A DNA stretch of 64,000 bases, from the NCBI GenBank assembly GCA_025594325.1, contig JANHCV010000011.1, positions 1,116,001-1,180,000 of the forward strand, in the 5' to 3' direction. Below are positions 45,100 to 57,279 of the stretch, piece after piece. Numbering within the stretch: position 1 is the stretch's first letter; every line of letters begins with the position of its first letter. The position numbers and the translations under genes are program-made. Below the pieces are notes generated by a model. The model saw only the letters and a program-made list of their open reading frames with translations, searched no databases and was not told the DNA's origin. This DNA comes from Blastocladiella emersonii ATCC 22665. Lineage: Eukaryota; Fungi; Blastocladiomycota.

Positions 45100-46969
45100 T
45101 TACTGGCGCGAGCGCTGGCGCGGCGCGGCGCGGAGGATATCGTCGACGCGGAGGATCATCTCGGCGGCCTCGGACGCGGACAGGACCACCTGGCGCTTGA
45201 GCTTGTACGACTCGGTGATGCCGAGGTCGCGCACGTCTCCGACGTCGCCCTTGTCCATGTCGAGCCCGGCCGTCGTCTTGCCGGCGTAGTGCGCCGCGCG
45301 GAGCCGAGCGACCAGGTCCGACGAGTCGTAACCCGCGTTGTCGGCGAGGATCGTGGGCATCTGGCGCAGCGCGCGCGCAAACGCCTCGACGGCCATGGCC
45401 TTCTTGCCGGCCGTGGTGGCCGCGGCCTCGTCGACGGCCTTGGACATGAGCATCTCCGAGCACCCGCCGCCGAGCACCGTGCGCGTCTCCTTGACCGTCT
45501 GCGACAGGACCGCGAGCGCGTCGTGCAGGGACCGCTCGGCCTCGTCGAGAAGCTGGTGCGTGGCGCCGCGCAGGACGACCGTGCATGCCTCGCCGGCGGC
45601 GACCCCCGAGAACTTGATGAGCTTGTCCTCGCCGATCATGATCTCCTCGATCAGCTTGCACTTGCCGAGCTTGACGAGCTCGGGGTGGTCAAAGGTCGAC
45701 GCGATCTCCCCGCCCGTCACGAGCGCGAGGCGCTCGACGCCGTCGAAATCGGCGTGCTCGATGGACGCGATGCCGGCGTCGGCGAACAGCTGCTCGGGCC
45801 AGTTGTAGATGAGCTGGCGGTTGACAAAGCAGTTGATGCCGTGGGCCTTGATCTTGTCGACCTTGTCGCGCATCTTGTCGCGCTCGGCGCGCTCGAGCTC
45901 GGCGAGCTTGCCCGTCGCGTCGACGCGGACGCGCGCGCCGAACACCTTGATCTTGTCCGTGTCCATGGGCGTGTTAGCGATCAGGATGGTCGCGTTCTCG
46001 ATGCGCTTCGGGCAGTTGACGCCAATCTTCTTGTCGAGGATGAAGCCCTCGTCGAGGTACGAGTCGAGGAGGCGGCCGCCGACCTTCTTGATGATCTGGA
46101 TGTTGTCGAGGTTGGTCGACCCCTTGAGGCGCAGCACCGCGTCGACGGCGAGCTCCGAGAAGTACTCGCGGTCCTGCGACAGCACCTTGGACGAGAGCGT
46201 GGTGCGGGCAATGTTGATGAGGTCCTTGCGGAACTTGGCGGGGTCCGAGCCGTTGTCGACGGCGGCGGCCTCGAGGGCGGCGAGCGCGGCGGCCGACGCG
46301 ATGCGGTAGCCCTCAATGATGATCTGCGGGTGGATCTTGTGGGCCACGAGCTTCTCGGCCTCGCGCAGCAGCTCGGACGCGAACACGCACACGGAGGTGG
46401 TGCCGTCGCCCACCTCGTCGTCCTGCACCTTGGACAGGTTGACGAGCACCTTGGCGGCGGGGTTGTCGAGCCAGATGGACTTGAGGATGGTGGCGCCGTC
46501 GTTGGTCACCATGATCTCGCCCGTCGACATGGACTGCAGGATCTTGTCCATGCCCTTGGGCCCGAGCGTCGACTTGACGAGGTCGCCCACGGCGATGGCG
46601 CCAATGAACGACGACTATGAGATGGGCGGGTCGGTTAGGGCGGCGGGCGCGCGTGGGAACAGAGGGGGCGCGCGCGTACCAGGCGAGCGTTCTCGGCACG
46701 CTCCTCGCTCGCCTCCTCGTTGAAGATATTGATGGGGGAAAATGACTAGACGGCGGACGCGTATCACAAGGTCAGCCGCCGAGGCGCGTCGTTTACGAGG
46801 TTCCCCGCCGCGCGAGCACGCGCGCGATCCGCGCTCCAGCGTGAAGCGCCACGCGTCGAATTCATCGTTGATCCATGTGTTGGGTGCGTCGCGCGGCGCG
46901 TCTTCGTGCGCGTGCTCGTTGGCGATGCATGTGCGGCGGGTGTCGGTGCGGCGGTGCGGCACGCACCAT
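45100..46969 (-). CDS. CCT2: T-complex protein 1 subunit beta; coding part of exon 1 is only ATG; introns 46746-46966 and ~46616-46679
   Basis: Spliced [35 protein letters not shown]; [12 protein letters not shown]; C-terminal [13 protein letters not shown]. Confidence 0.95.
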
Positions 46970-48163
46970 GGTGACGGGGACGCCAGATCACAGCGCCTCG
47001 GTCGGGGCGGCGGGGAAGAGGAAGAGAGCGAGCGCGTCGGCGGCGGAGCAGGGCAGCAGCAGGCGGCGGCAGGCGTGTGAGCGGCGGGTCTCCTGAGCAA
47101 AGGTGGGCGTTTCTCGCCGCTCTCGGCGCGCGCCGCTCTCACGCGCGAAGGCGCGAAGGCGCGAAGGTGCGAGAAGGAAGGGAAACCAGCGCGTGCCGAT
47201 CGCACGTGGGCGCGAGGCGGATCTCACCTGATGGTTTTGCGCCTCATTTTTCTGTCTCTCGCCTCACGCCACGCCGGCGCGGGTACAAAAAGCGCCAGCG
47301 ACCCCGCCCTCCCCGGGACTTGCTCGGTGATCTTAACTTCACCGAGTGACCTCGTTAGGTGCTGGGCGCCCCTCCATGGCCCGTGCAACGCTACCGGTCG
47401 CTCGGGCGATCGACCCGCTGAGATTATCTCCTGGCTCGCGCTGCGAAGTGCGCGGCTGGTTCATCTGCTCGGCTACAGGCTCGTCTCGGAGCGTGAGTTG
47501 CTACTTTATTCCTCGTCTGCGCGCGTTTCCTTGCGCAACGTCTGACCTTGGCGTAAGTCCGGTGTACTCGACATCTCGGTCGACGCCGACTCAGCGCAGC
47601 CGCCTTCGCTCTCAACGTTCTTGAGGCTGATGTCTCTCAAGAAGCGGCCCTCGCCGCTTCGAAAGCGACTTGGGCAGGTTGACCGACCGCGACGTCGTTC
47701 CCCGCCTTCCTGCCGACCTCGGTGATACTCGCTGGCGCCTACGCGCGATCCTTGGCGAGCCTCACGACCACGGCCTCGTCCAAGGTTTCAGCGTTCATTT
47801 GAGCGAGGTCCGCGTACTTGCCGCGACCAGCGTGCTCGTCGAGCACGGCCACCGACCGCCGACCACCGCGAGCTCCCTCTCGAGCTGCTCTCACCGCGGC
47901 CGCCTCTCGCAGCGACCTCAGCCCGCCCGCTCTCATCCGTAATAGACGCCCCCATGAGTCGTCGGGCGATCCCGGAACCGGCGTTTCGCTAGGAACAGCG
48001 AGGCGCAGAGCCAGGGACGAAAATGGTCGCACTCGCGTGACCTCACTTGGGGACTCCGCTTCCGCAACACCACCGCTCGGTCGCTCGCCATCGCCCCACT
48101 CCTCTCCCTCTCCTCCCCGCCGTTGCCCGCCGCTCGCCCGCACCGCCAACCACCACGCTCGCC

Positions 48164-49746
48164 ATGTTGTCTGCCGCCACCCGCCGCGCCGCCGTGCGCT
48201 CGGCCGCCTCCGTGGCCGCCCGCGCCGCTGTCCGCCCCACTGCCGCCGCCGCCATGTCGACGGTCGCTCGCGCCGCGGCTGTTCGCGCGCCCGCTGCTGC
48301 CCAGTATGTCTTGGCTCGGATGCGGTGAGCGACGTGAGGCTGACACGTCTGTCGTGCCCGTAGGCTGCTGCGCCCCGCTATCGCCGTCGTTGCCCGCCGC
48401 GGCTACGGTACGCTCGCCCGCGACCCATTGACGGATCGGCTCGAGTTGACGTTCATCTCCCACGATGTGTAGCCGACTTCGTCACCGTCAAGGTCCCCCA
48501 GATGGCCGACTCCATCTCTGAGGGCACCCTCAAGACGTGGCACAAGAGTACGCCTCTCCATTTCCAACGCGGAACCTGCCCGATCTCATCTTCCCGCAAA
48601 ACCGAATAGAGGTCGGCGACTTTGTCAAGGCCGACGAGGAGGTCGCGACCATCGAGACCGACAAGATCGACGTGGCCGTCAACGCGCCCGCGTCGGGCGT
48701 CATCGCCGAGCTGTTCGCCGCCGAGGAGGACACGGTCGTCGTCGCCGCCGACCTGTTCAAGCTCGAGAAGAAGGATGCCTCCGAGGGTCCGTTTTCGTGA
48801 CTTGTCACGGCCAAGACGCGCAACTCACGTCGTCAACCGTCCGTGTGTAGCTCCCGCCGCCGCTGCCCCCGCTCCCGCTGCCGCCGCCCCTGCCCCGGCT
48901 GCTGCTGCTGCCCCCGCTCCCGCTGCCGCCCCGGCTGCCCCGGCTGCCCCCGCGCCGGCTGTCGCCGCCCCCGTGGCCGCTGCCCCCAAGCCCGCGGCTG
49001 CCCCCGCCGCCGCTGCTCCGGCCCCCGCCACCTCTGCCCCCGCTGCGTTCGCGCGTGTCGAGGAGCGCGAGAAGATGACGCGGATGCGCCTGCGCATCGC
49101 CGAGCGCCTCAAGGAGTCGCAGAACACGGCGGCGTCGCTGACGACGTTCAACGAGATTGACATGTCGAACCTGATCGAGTTCCGCGCAAAGTACAAGGAC
49201 CAGATCCTCAAGGAGCACGGCATCAAGTTCGGGTTCATGTCGGCGTTCATCAAGGCGACGGCGTACGGCATCAAGCACGTGCCCGTCATCAACGCGCGCA
49301 TCGAGGGCAACGAGGTCGTGTACCCGAACTTTGTCGATGTCTCGGTCGCCGTGGCCACGCCCAAGGGGCTCGTGACCCCCGTCCTCCGCAACACGCAGTC
49401 GCAGTCGCTGCTCGAGGTCGAGCGGTCCCTCGCCGAGGCGGCCGCCAAGGCCCGCGACAACAAGCTGACGATCGAGGATATGGCCGGCGGTACCTTCACC
49501 ATCTCCAACGGCGGCGTGTTCGGGTCCATGTTCGGCACCCCGATCATCAACATGCCGCAGTCGGCGATCCTCGGCATGCACGCCGTCAAGGAGCGCGCCG
49601 TCGTCGTCAACGGCAAGGTCGAGGTCCGCCCCGTCATGTACATCTGCCTCACCTACGACCACCGCCTCATCGACGGCCGCGAGGCCACCACCTTCCTCAT
49701 GAAGGTCAAGGAGGCCATCGAGGACCCCCGCCGCATGCTCCTGTAA
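48164..49746 (+). CDS. KGD2: 2-oxoglutarate dehydrogenase E2 (dihydrolipoamide succinyltransferase), mitochondrial; several introns
   Basis: [11 protein letters not shown], lipoyl IETDKIDV, Ala/Pro linker, [30 protein letters not shown]. Confidence 0.95.
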
Positions 49747-49961
49747 GCATGTACCGCCCTTGTGTTAGTCTTCCCTCTCCCCGCCCTCTATTCTTCAACA
49801 ACTAAGCAGCTCTTCTTTTGTTCACCGCCCGTGCTGGCGCGTCCGCTCGCTCTCCCTGCTCCCTCACTCTACCCCACCAACCAACCGAACGCTGAAATAT
49901 GACGGAATGATCAAAGTGTATCGTCGCGTCCACAGCACGGCCCGCCCGCGGGACGACGCGC

Positions 49962-50791
49962 TCAGATGACGTTCTGCAGCTTCCACAGCGAGCTCACTAC
50001 ACACACGCGCGCACGCGGTCAGTCCATGGCCACCACCACCCTCTTCGCAACCGTGAAACAACGTACTCGAACTCTGCAGATACGTCCCCTTCGCATCCGT
50101 CCCCGCCCACGCGAGGTGCACCTGGATATTGCACGCCGACTGGTCGGTCCCGCAGTCGATCGGGCACATGTTGTCGAGGCAGTCGCAGTTGGTGTAGTAG
50201 CACTTGGTCTGCTCCCACTCGAGCTGCGTGATGACGCCGCCGACCATGGTCACGATCACGGTGCGGAACGGGATGTACCGGTTGAACTGTGTGCTCCACC
50301 ACGCCTTGGCCGGCAGCGCGTACACGCGGCCCGCATGCACCAGCGCCAGCGAGACGGAGATCGACGGGAGGCGGGTCAGCAGGTCGTAGCCTACGCGTCG
50401 CAGCCACGGTCAGTCTTGGTCACGGAACATGAAGTGGAGCGCGCGTACTCTTTGGGATCGTCAGCTTGGTATACTGGTCGACACGCGGGAAGAAGATGGA
50501 CGACATGTTGCTCGTGACCGCGACCGTCTGGGTCCCGTTGGCCGTCGTGTTGGTGTAGAAGACGCGCAGCATCACCGTGATGTCGTCGTCCTTGACGTAC
50601 GCCGTCCGGTTCACGTCCAGCGCCTTGTTGAGCGCCAGCTGGCACCCGGTGTCCATCGTCCCGCAGTACCCGATGTCGGCCTGCGACGACGGCGACGGCG
50701 CGATGGCGAGGAGGAGCAGCAGGGCGAGCGCCGCGGACGCAAACAGCGCGCGCAGGGAGGCCAGGCGGGGGTGTGGGCGTGGTGGTTGCAT
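49962..50791 (-). CDS. Small secreted Cys-rich protein resembling the plant expp1-type family; 2 introns
   Basis: Signal peptide and N-glycosylation sequons; C-terminal CNIQVHLAWAGTDAKGTYLQS. Two GTACG..CTGAC..TAG introns give a continuous frame. Family similarity is from memory only. Confidence 0.6.
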
Positions 50792-50844
50792 GGTTTTACA
50801 GGTTACGTTGCGTTGCGTTACGTCGACGGAGAGGGCGGGACGAT

Positions 50845-50890
50845 GAGCGGCGGAAGCGAGCGGCGGAAGCGAGCGGCGGAAGCGAGCGGC
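50845..50890. repeat. Tandem repeat, ~3.5 copies of 13-bp GAGCGGCGGAAGC, in a divergent promoter
   Basis: Counted directly in the sequence. Confidence 0.85.
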
Positions 50891-51067
50891 TGCGGCCGCT
50901 TGCGAGGCGCGACGCGTCGTTGGAGACACGGCGTGCACTCACATGACCGCGCGACGCGTCGTTCGTCGTGTCTCCGCGCGTTTTCGGCCGAGCCGCTCGC
51001 CTCGCCTCGCCGTGTCTTCGTGCGCCTCTACGGCCGCATGAACCGCATGGATATCCGGGCTAGGAGA

Positions 51068-54000
51068 ATGAGCGGCCGCGAACCGCACGCGGCGATGGTC
51101 GTGGCCCGCGTCGTGCGAGCGCTGCTCGTCGCGGTCTCGATGTTCACGATAGTTGCGAACGCACAATGTAAGAGCTGTCCGTATTCGCAAACCGCTCGGC
51201 GCTCACAATGCACGCGCGATTCTAGCCTCTATCACATACTACGTCAACCCGCAGTCCAGCGGGAGCAGCCCGACGGGCACCGCGACGAACCCGTACGCCT
51301 CGCTGGCGCAGGCATGGACCGCCGCGTCCTCTGCGCCCGCGGGCTCGACCGTCACCCTGTTCCTCGCCTCGGGCGTCTACACCATCCCAAAGACGCAGAT
51401 CACGTTCCCCGCGACCCTCCGCCTCGCACACGCTCCGACCGTCCCCGGCACCACGGTCCAGGTGACCCCCGAACCGCTGCTCACGGGTGACGCCGAGCTC
51501 GCTGTCCCCAACATCGTGGTCCCCGGCACCGCGGGGCTCGCGTGGACGGGGATCTCGTTCGTCGGGTTCACGCACAGTGGCGCAGGGACGGGAGCCGCGT
51601 GGAGCGTCATGTCCGCGACCGACTCGGCGGCCATTGCGCTCGTCAACTGCACCGTGACGGGGTCCGACAGCGCACCGTCGTCGAGTTTCCGAGTCTCGGC
51701 GTCCGATTCGGCAAGTGTCACGGTCCTGGCGACGCGGTTCGCGCAGACCCGCGTCGAGCTCGCCGTCGATGGCGCGGCGGGGCTCGCGGTCCGCGACTCG
51801 GCGTTCACTGGAGTGAAGCCAGTGAGTAAGAGTATCGTTGCGGCGGCGGGGTCGGCGCAGGTCGTGCTCGAGCGGACAAGCGTCAAGGGTACGTGTTCTC
51901 TCTCCCTCTTTCGTGCTCTGAATGATGGCTGACGCGACAACGAGCGTAGCCTCGGTCGGCACCGTGTTCGGCCTGTCGTCGAGCGCGACGCTGCAGTCGA
52001 CGGGCGTGACCCTCTCCCAAATCTCGTGCGAGTCGGCCGCGTTCGGGATCATCACCATCAACGACGCGGCGTCGGCTACGCTGACGGGCGCGAGCATCAC
52101 CGACATCTCGGCGGCGCAGGGCGCGTCGTGCGCGAGCGGTCTGCTCGGCCTTTTCGACACAACGCAGCTGACGCTCGCGCAGTCGACCGTGGCGGACGTG
52201 CACGGGCGCCTCATCTACGGCGACGGGACGAGCACCGCGACGCTCGCCGACTCCTCGCTCGCGCGCGTCGCCGAGGTCGACGGCGTGCAGTACCTGATCT
52301 CGATGCGCACGGGCGCGTCGGTCGTGGCCCGCCGCAGCACGTTCATGGACGTGTCCGGGTCGTGGATCGCCATCGACAGCTCGCTCGTCCAGCTCGTCGA
52401 CTCGGTGCTCACCAACACCGTGTGCCCGGCGTCCAAGTCCTTCTGGCTGTTCATGGCGGGCAGCGCGCGGTTCAGCATGGCCGGGTCGACGATCACGGGC
52501 GGCACAAGACAGAGCAAGCCGTGCATGATGGTGCAGGGCGGCGACGCCACGACCGTCGCGCTCGCGCAGTCGACGATCAAGAACCTCGTGTGCCGCACGA
52601 CCTGCGTCCAGTGCGCCGGCGGGTGCCTGACGACCATGGACCGCGTCAATATCACGGGCGTCACGGTCAACGAGCCCAACGGGATCGTGTCCCTGCTCGG
52701 CAGCCAGCCGCACGTCCTCTCGGGCGTCCGCGCCTCGGGGAACGGCGGCGGGACCTCGGGCACCGCCAACGTCATCACCGTGACCGCAACGTCGGCCACC
52801 ATCGACGCGTCGCGGTTCGAGAAGAACCTGGTCCCGGCGCTCGGCGTCTCGCCCTCCGCGTCCGTCGTCGTCACCAACTCGGTGTTCGCGGGCAACGCCG
52901 TGCCCGCGGGCTACGGCGGCGCGATCGTGAACGAGGGCACACTCGCCGTCGCCGGGTCCAACTTCTCGGGCAACGCCGCGAAACTTGGCGGCGCCGTGTA
53001 CCACGCGTCCGGCGCGCTGACCGTGACCGACAGCGCCTTCACGAGCAACCTCGCGGGCAGCGACGGCGGCGCCCTGTACATTGCGGCGACGCCGGCCGTC
53101 GTCAACGGGACCGCGTTCCGCGGCAACCGCGCGAAACGCGGCGGCGCGTGGTTTGCGCCGTCGCCCGGCGTCGCGACGGGCGTCAGCGTCAACGACGCGC
53201 GGTACGCGCAGAACGCGCCGGCCGACTACGCGAGTTCCTTCCATGCGCTGGTCCCGGGTGCCGGCGCGACCGCGGCAGGCCTGACGGTGCGCACGGGCGG
53301 GACGCTCAACACGTCGGTCACGGTGCGCGCGCTCGACGTGTTCCGGCAGCCGTACGTGTTCGGCGGGCTCGACACGGTGCTCCTGGTGCGCGCCACGTCG
53401 CCGTCGCTCAAGCTGACGGGCGAGACGACCCAGGCCGTGTTCACGGGGTCCGCGACGTTCAAGGACCTCCAAGTGTACGGCGACCCGGGCACGCACGTCC
53501 TGCACTTTGGCCGCGTGGGCGCGGACGAGGTCGTCGATACGACGTCGGCCGTCGTCTCGGTCGCCGTCACCGTCGAGGCGTGCCCGAACGGCACCCACGT
53601 CGTCCAGCCGTCGCTCGTTTACGGGACTGCGTTCCCCGTATGCACCGCCATCGCGTGCCCGCTCGGCTGCCTGTACGGGACCTGTGCGAGCGCGGGCAAC
53701 TGTACCTGCGCGCCCGGGTACGACGGGATCGCGTGCGACCTGAGGGCGAATGCCGTCGACACGCTGACGTGGCGCGCACCCGCGGCTGCGTTCCCCGTCT
53801 TCTCGGTCGGTGTACGCGACGCGCTCATGGCGCAGGCCCGTGCCGTACTCGCGCGCATCGCGCCGCCCGGGACCACGGCGCAGTTCCGCTTCTTTACTCA
53901 ACAACGCGACGGTGGCGGCGTTGAGCTCAAGTTCGCCGTCCTCGACGACCGTGGCCAGGTGGTCCAGGCCGACGCGCTCGGCGTGATTGCGCGGCGCATG

Positions 54001-55386
54001 GCGGGCGTCGCCGAGTCGACGAAACCCGTGGCGTCGAGCTTCGGGTTCGCGTGGCCGCCGCCGCCGCAGTCCCTGTCGTCGGACGTGGCGCCTGTCGCCA
54101 AGCTGTCGGTCTCGCCCGCGATCCCCGAGGGCACGGGGATCCTGCTCGTGTACGCTGCCAGCGTCGCGCTCACGCTGTCCCTGTGGGCGTACGTGGCCGT
54201 GCGGCACCGCGCGCACCCGGTCGTCCGCACCAGCTCGCGCGCGTGGCTGACCGAGGTGGCCGTGGCGCTGGTCCTGGTGCACGTCTGGATCATGCTGGGC
54301 GCCGCGGTCCCAACCTCGGCGGCGTGCCAGGCGCAGTTCGCCGTCGGCGTGCTCGCGGCCGCGCTCACGGTCGCCGCGCTCGTCACCAAGACGGCCCAGT
54401 TCTTCCTCGTGTGCGAGAACCCGATCCTGTCCAAGCTCGCGGCCACGTCGCCGACGGCGGGCGTCCCGCTCGTCGCTATCAACGCGGGCGCCATCGCGCT
54501 CGAGCTCGTCCTCGCGATCGGCTGGCTCGCATCCGCCACCGCATCCCCGCGCGTCAACGTGTCCCCCGCGACCGACGCGTCGTATTGGCAGTGCACGCTC
54601 GGCGACGCCGGGTTCGCGTCGCCCGGGGCCCTCGTGTTCATTGTCGCGAACGCGGCCCTCGTCGCCGTGTCCCTGATCGTCCAGCTGCGCAGCCGCCGCG
54701 CTTTTTCGTTGTCCGAGGAGCCGCGCATCCTGTTCTTCGTACAGGCCAACATCGTCGGCGTCGTGTCGGTCCTCGCCGCGGTCCAGGCGGTCGCCTCGCT
54801 CGACGTCGTGGTCCGGTACGTCGTGCAGGCATTCGTCGTCCTGCTCGCCCTGCACCTCGCGTCGGGCGGGTTCCTCGGGTACAAGGCGGTCGTGATCCGG
54901 CGCGCGGCCGCGGGCCAGGGCTCGCTCAAGCGCGCGCTGCACGCTGCGGCGGCCGTTGCGGCTGCGAAACCGAAGCCCACCGCCGGTGGGCCCGCCCTGA
55001 CGACCGCGCCCGGCGCCCCCGCCGTCGCCGTGGCCAGCGACGGGACCGAGAACATCAGCGTGCTTGACCAGTCGAACCTCCTGGCCAGCTCGCTCGTCCC
55101 GATCCGCCGCACGCACCCGCTCGCGCAGTGGCGGCTCGCGTTCCTCGAGGTCGCCAAGGAGTACCACTACCTCTCGGTGACGTGCGGCAACGACGCCACC
55201 TTCTACGCGCTGCCGTGCGAGATTGTGGGGGATGCCGAGACGCTCGTGCTCGACCTGAGGTTCAAGTCGGGCGCCCGGCTCCACGTCCAGGCGCGCGACG
55301 CCGCGAATCTCGCTGAGTGGGAGCGCACGCTGCGCGGAGCCGGCGGGGTGCCGGCTACGGCGGGGAAGAAGGGCGGGCGCGGGTAA
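51068..55386 (+). CDS. Class C (7tm_3)-like GPCR with a Pmp/pectin-lyase-like beta-helix ectodomain, an EGF domain and a PH-like tail; introns ~51168-51225 and ~51889-51949
   Basis: Signal peptide; four FxxN..GGA(I/V/L/W) repeats; CPLGCLYGTC..C.CAPGYDGIAC; HPVVRTSS, LVTKT, YWQC, SEEPRI in seven TM helices; terminal strands plus LAEWERTL helix. Confidence 0.75.
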
Positions 55387-55511
55387 TGGACACGCGCGAA
55401 GCATGCAGCAGGCAGGTTGTAACACACTCATGTTCTCCCATACATTTGCTCTCTCTCCAAACCCTCTGCGCGACCCGTTGGTCGCGCACACCACAGCGCC
55501 TCCGCCCGCGC

Positions 55512-56054
55512 TTAAAGCTGGGCCGTCAGCTTAGCGTGCAGCTCCGCGAGCTTGTCCTTGTCGGCGGCAATGGGCGACCACTTGACGCCGAGCCCGTCGG
55601 CCTCGCGGCGCGGGATGATGTGGAAGTGCACGTGCGGGACCTCCTGGTGCGCGGCCTTGCCGTTGTTCTGCAGGATGTTGTAGTCGGTCATGCCCGTCGT
55701 GGCGCGCAGCGCCCCCACGATCTTCTTGGCCACGGGCATCACCTCGGCCAGCTGCGCGTCCGGGATCTCGTGCAGCTTCTCGCCGTGGTGCTTCGGGATC
55801 ACGAGCTAGAGAGCGGGGAGGTGAGCGCGGGCGGTGCTGCGGCGCGGCGGGAGGACGTACAGCGTGGCCCTCCGAGAGCGGACCAATGTCTACACACGAC
55901 GAGAGCGTCAGCCAAAGCTCGCAATGGCTCGAAGCGCGAGAGCAGATGACGCACCGAGGAACGAGTACACCGACTCGGTCTCGATCAGCCGGAACGACGG
56001 GATCTCCTTCTTGATGATGCGGCAGAAGATGCAAGACGCGGACGTGGCAGACAT
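55512..56054 (-). CDS. HNT1: HIT family nucleotide hydrolase (HINT1/Hnt1); 2 introns
   Basis: CIFCRIIKKEIPS, DIGPLSEGHA-LVIPK, QNNG..AHQEVPHVHFHIIP. Confidence 0.93.
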
Positions 56055-56396
56055 GTTGCGGCAAGTTTCGTGGGTGCTCAAGGCTTTCTCGATTCGTGGA
56101 GTGCTCGATGGCGGGGAGCGAGGGCGGACGGTGCGAAGTCCAGGTGACCAACGCGGTCGCCGCGCCGACGCGTTCGCCTCTTCGCTCGGCCAAATGCTCG
56201 ACGGGCCGCGAAAGGCGAAGCGGCCACTGATGAGATCGACAAAAATGGTTGAGATTGATATACGGTAGTAGCTAACGGATACTAGAGTGTACGATGCGTC
56301 GGTTGTTCGCGTGAGCGAGCGCCGTCGTCAACGCGCACCGCTCCTGCCCGTTCCTTCTCGCCTTCAAGGCGACCTTGAGCGAGTCCTTAATTCAAG

Positions 56397-56665
56397 CGCA
56401 TGTAAGCGCCTATGAAGACCTGTTGAACACGAGCGAGCGCTGACCCACCTGCGCGCGCGACCATCGATCGTAGCCCTTCGACCATGGCCTCCAACATTGG
56501 TCCACCGACGCTCGTGGCGTCAACCGCGACGTCACCGTCATTCTCCTTCGTGTTCTCGTTCGCGGCCGCGACCGCCGCCGTCGGCGTGTCGATCCTCAAG
56601 TGGTCCATCGAGTTCCTGCACCTCCCGCTGCTGACCGAGAAAAAGTCCTTCTTCAACGTGTACTT
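56397..56665 (+). pseudogene. Truncated inverted copy of the FIT2/SCS3 promoter and 5' coding region
   Basis: LVASTATSP..FVF.FAAATAAVGVS.LKW.IEF.H.PLLTEKKSFFNVY matches 44545-44724; homology stops after FNVY. The upstream sequence also aligns with 44725-44822. Confidence 0.85.
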
Positions 56666-56704
56666 GATTATAGAAGCGACGGCTCGTCAACTAATCATCG
56701 AATT

Positions 56705-57124
56705 TCATTCTGCCGTGCTGACCTGGGGACGAAGGTAGGCCATGAGCTCGGTGACTTCGTACGCCGCGATCGCAAAGTGGTCGTCGATGAGGGCGACCCG
56801 CCTCGCCACGGAGTTGAATGCCGCTGCGTCCTCGGGTCGCCCGACCCGCGCGTCCTCCAGCACCTCTGCCAGATAGCACGCGTTGGAGTCGACCTGGTCC
56901 ATCATGTCCCGAATCAGCTGCTCCGCAGCGGCCACGAGGACGGGGACGCAACGGACGCGGGCCACGTGTGCAGCGTCGCGACAAAGCGCGGCTCGGCGCT
57001 GAAGAGTGAAGTCGCACAGGTCGGCCAATCCCTCGAAAGCAATCGTTAAGACGTTCAGCTTTCCTGCCGCCGCGTGGATGCTGAGCTGCACGCGGTGGGC
57101 CATGGCCCACGGGCACGTTGGCAC
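56705..57124 (-). CDS. Hypothetical helical ORF inside the duplicated segment
   Basis: 139-codon ORF with amphipathic-helix-like pattern. It is in frame with upstream ORF 57128-57379 across one TGA. Confidence 0.3.
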   Translation of the reverse strand: MPTCPWAMAHRVQLSIHAAAGKLNVLTIAFEGLADLCDFTLQRRAALCRDAAHVARVRCVPVLVAAAEQLIRDMMDQVDSNACYLAEVLEDARVGRPEDAAAFNSVARRVALIDDHFAIAAYEVTELMAYLRPQVSTAE

Positions 57125-57279
57125 TGGTCAGCCGCCGCGGTCTGATCGCTGGACTGATCCCCGCCCTGTCCATCGCAGGCTGGGGCGAGAGCGAGGGGCG
57201 GGCGATCCTGGAAGGCGTCGTGCGGTTGCGGCTGCGGGATGGAATCGGGGGAGATCCCCCGCGCCCGTGTACGTTGCAC

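Noticed and set aside
51883-55494. 1203-aa minus-strand ORF, and similar long shadow ORFs (e.g. 61297-63828 +, 45289-46620 +, 18105-19784 -, 27605-29143 +)
   Set aside because: Antisense to well-supported genes; Arg/Gly/Ala-rich and motif-free. Strong GC3 bias removes stop codons on the opposite strand.
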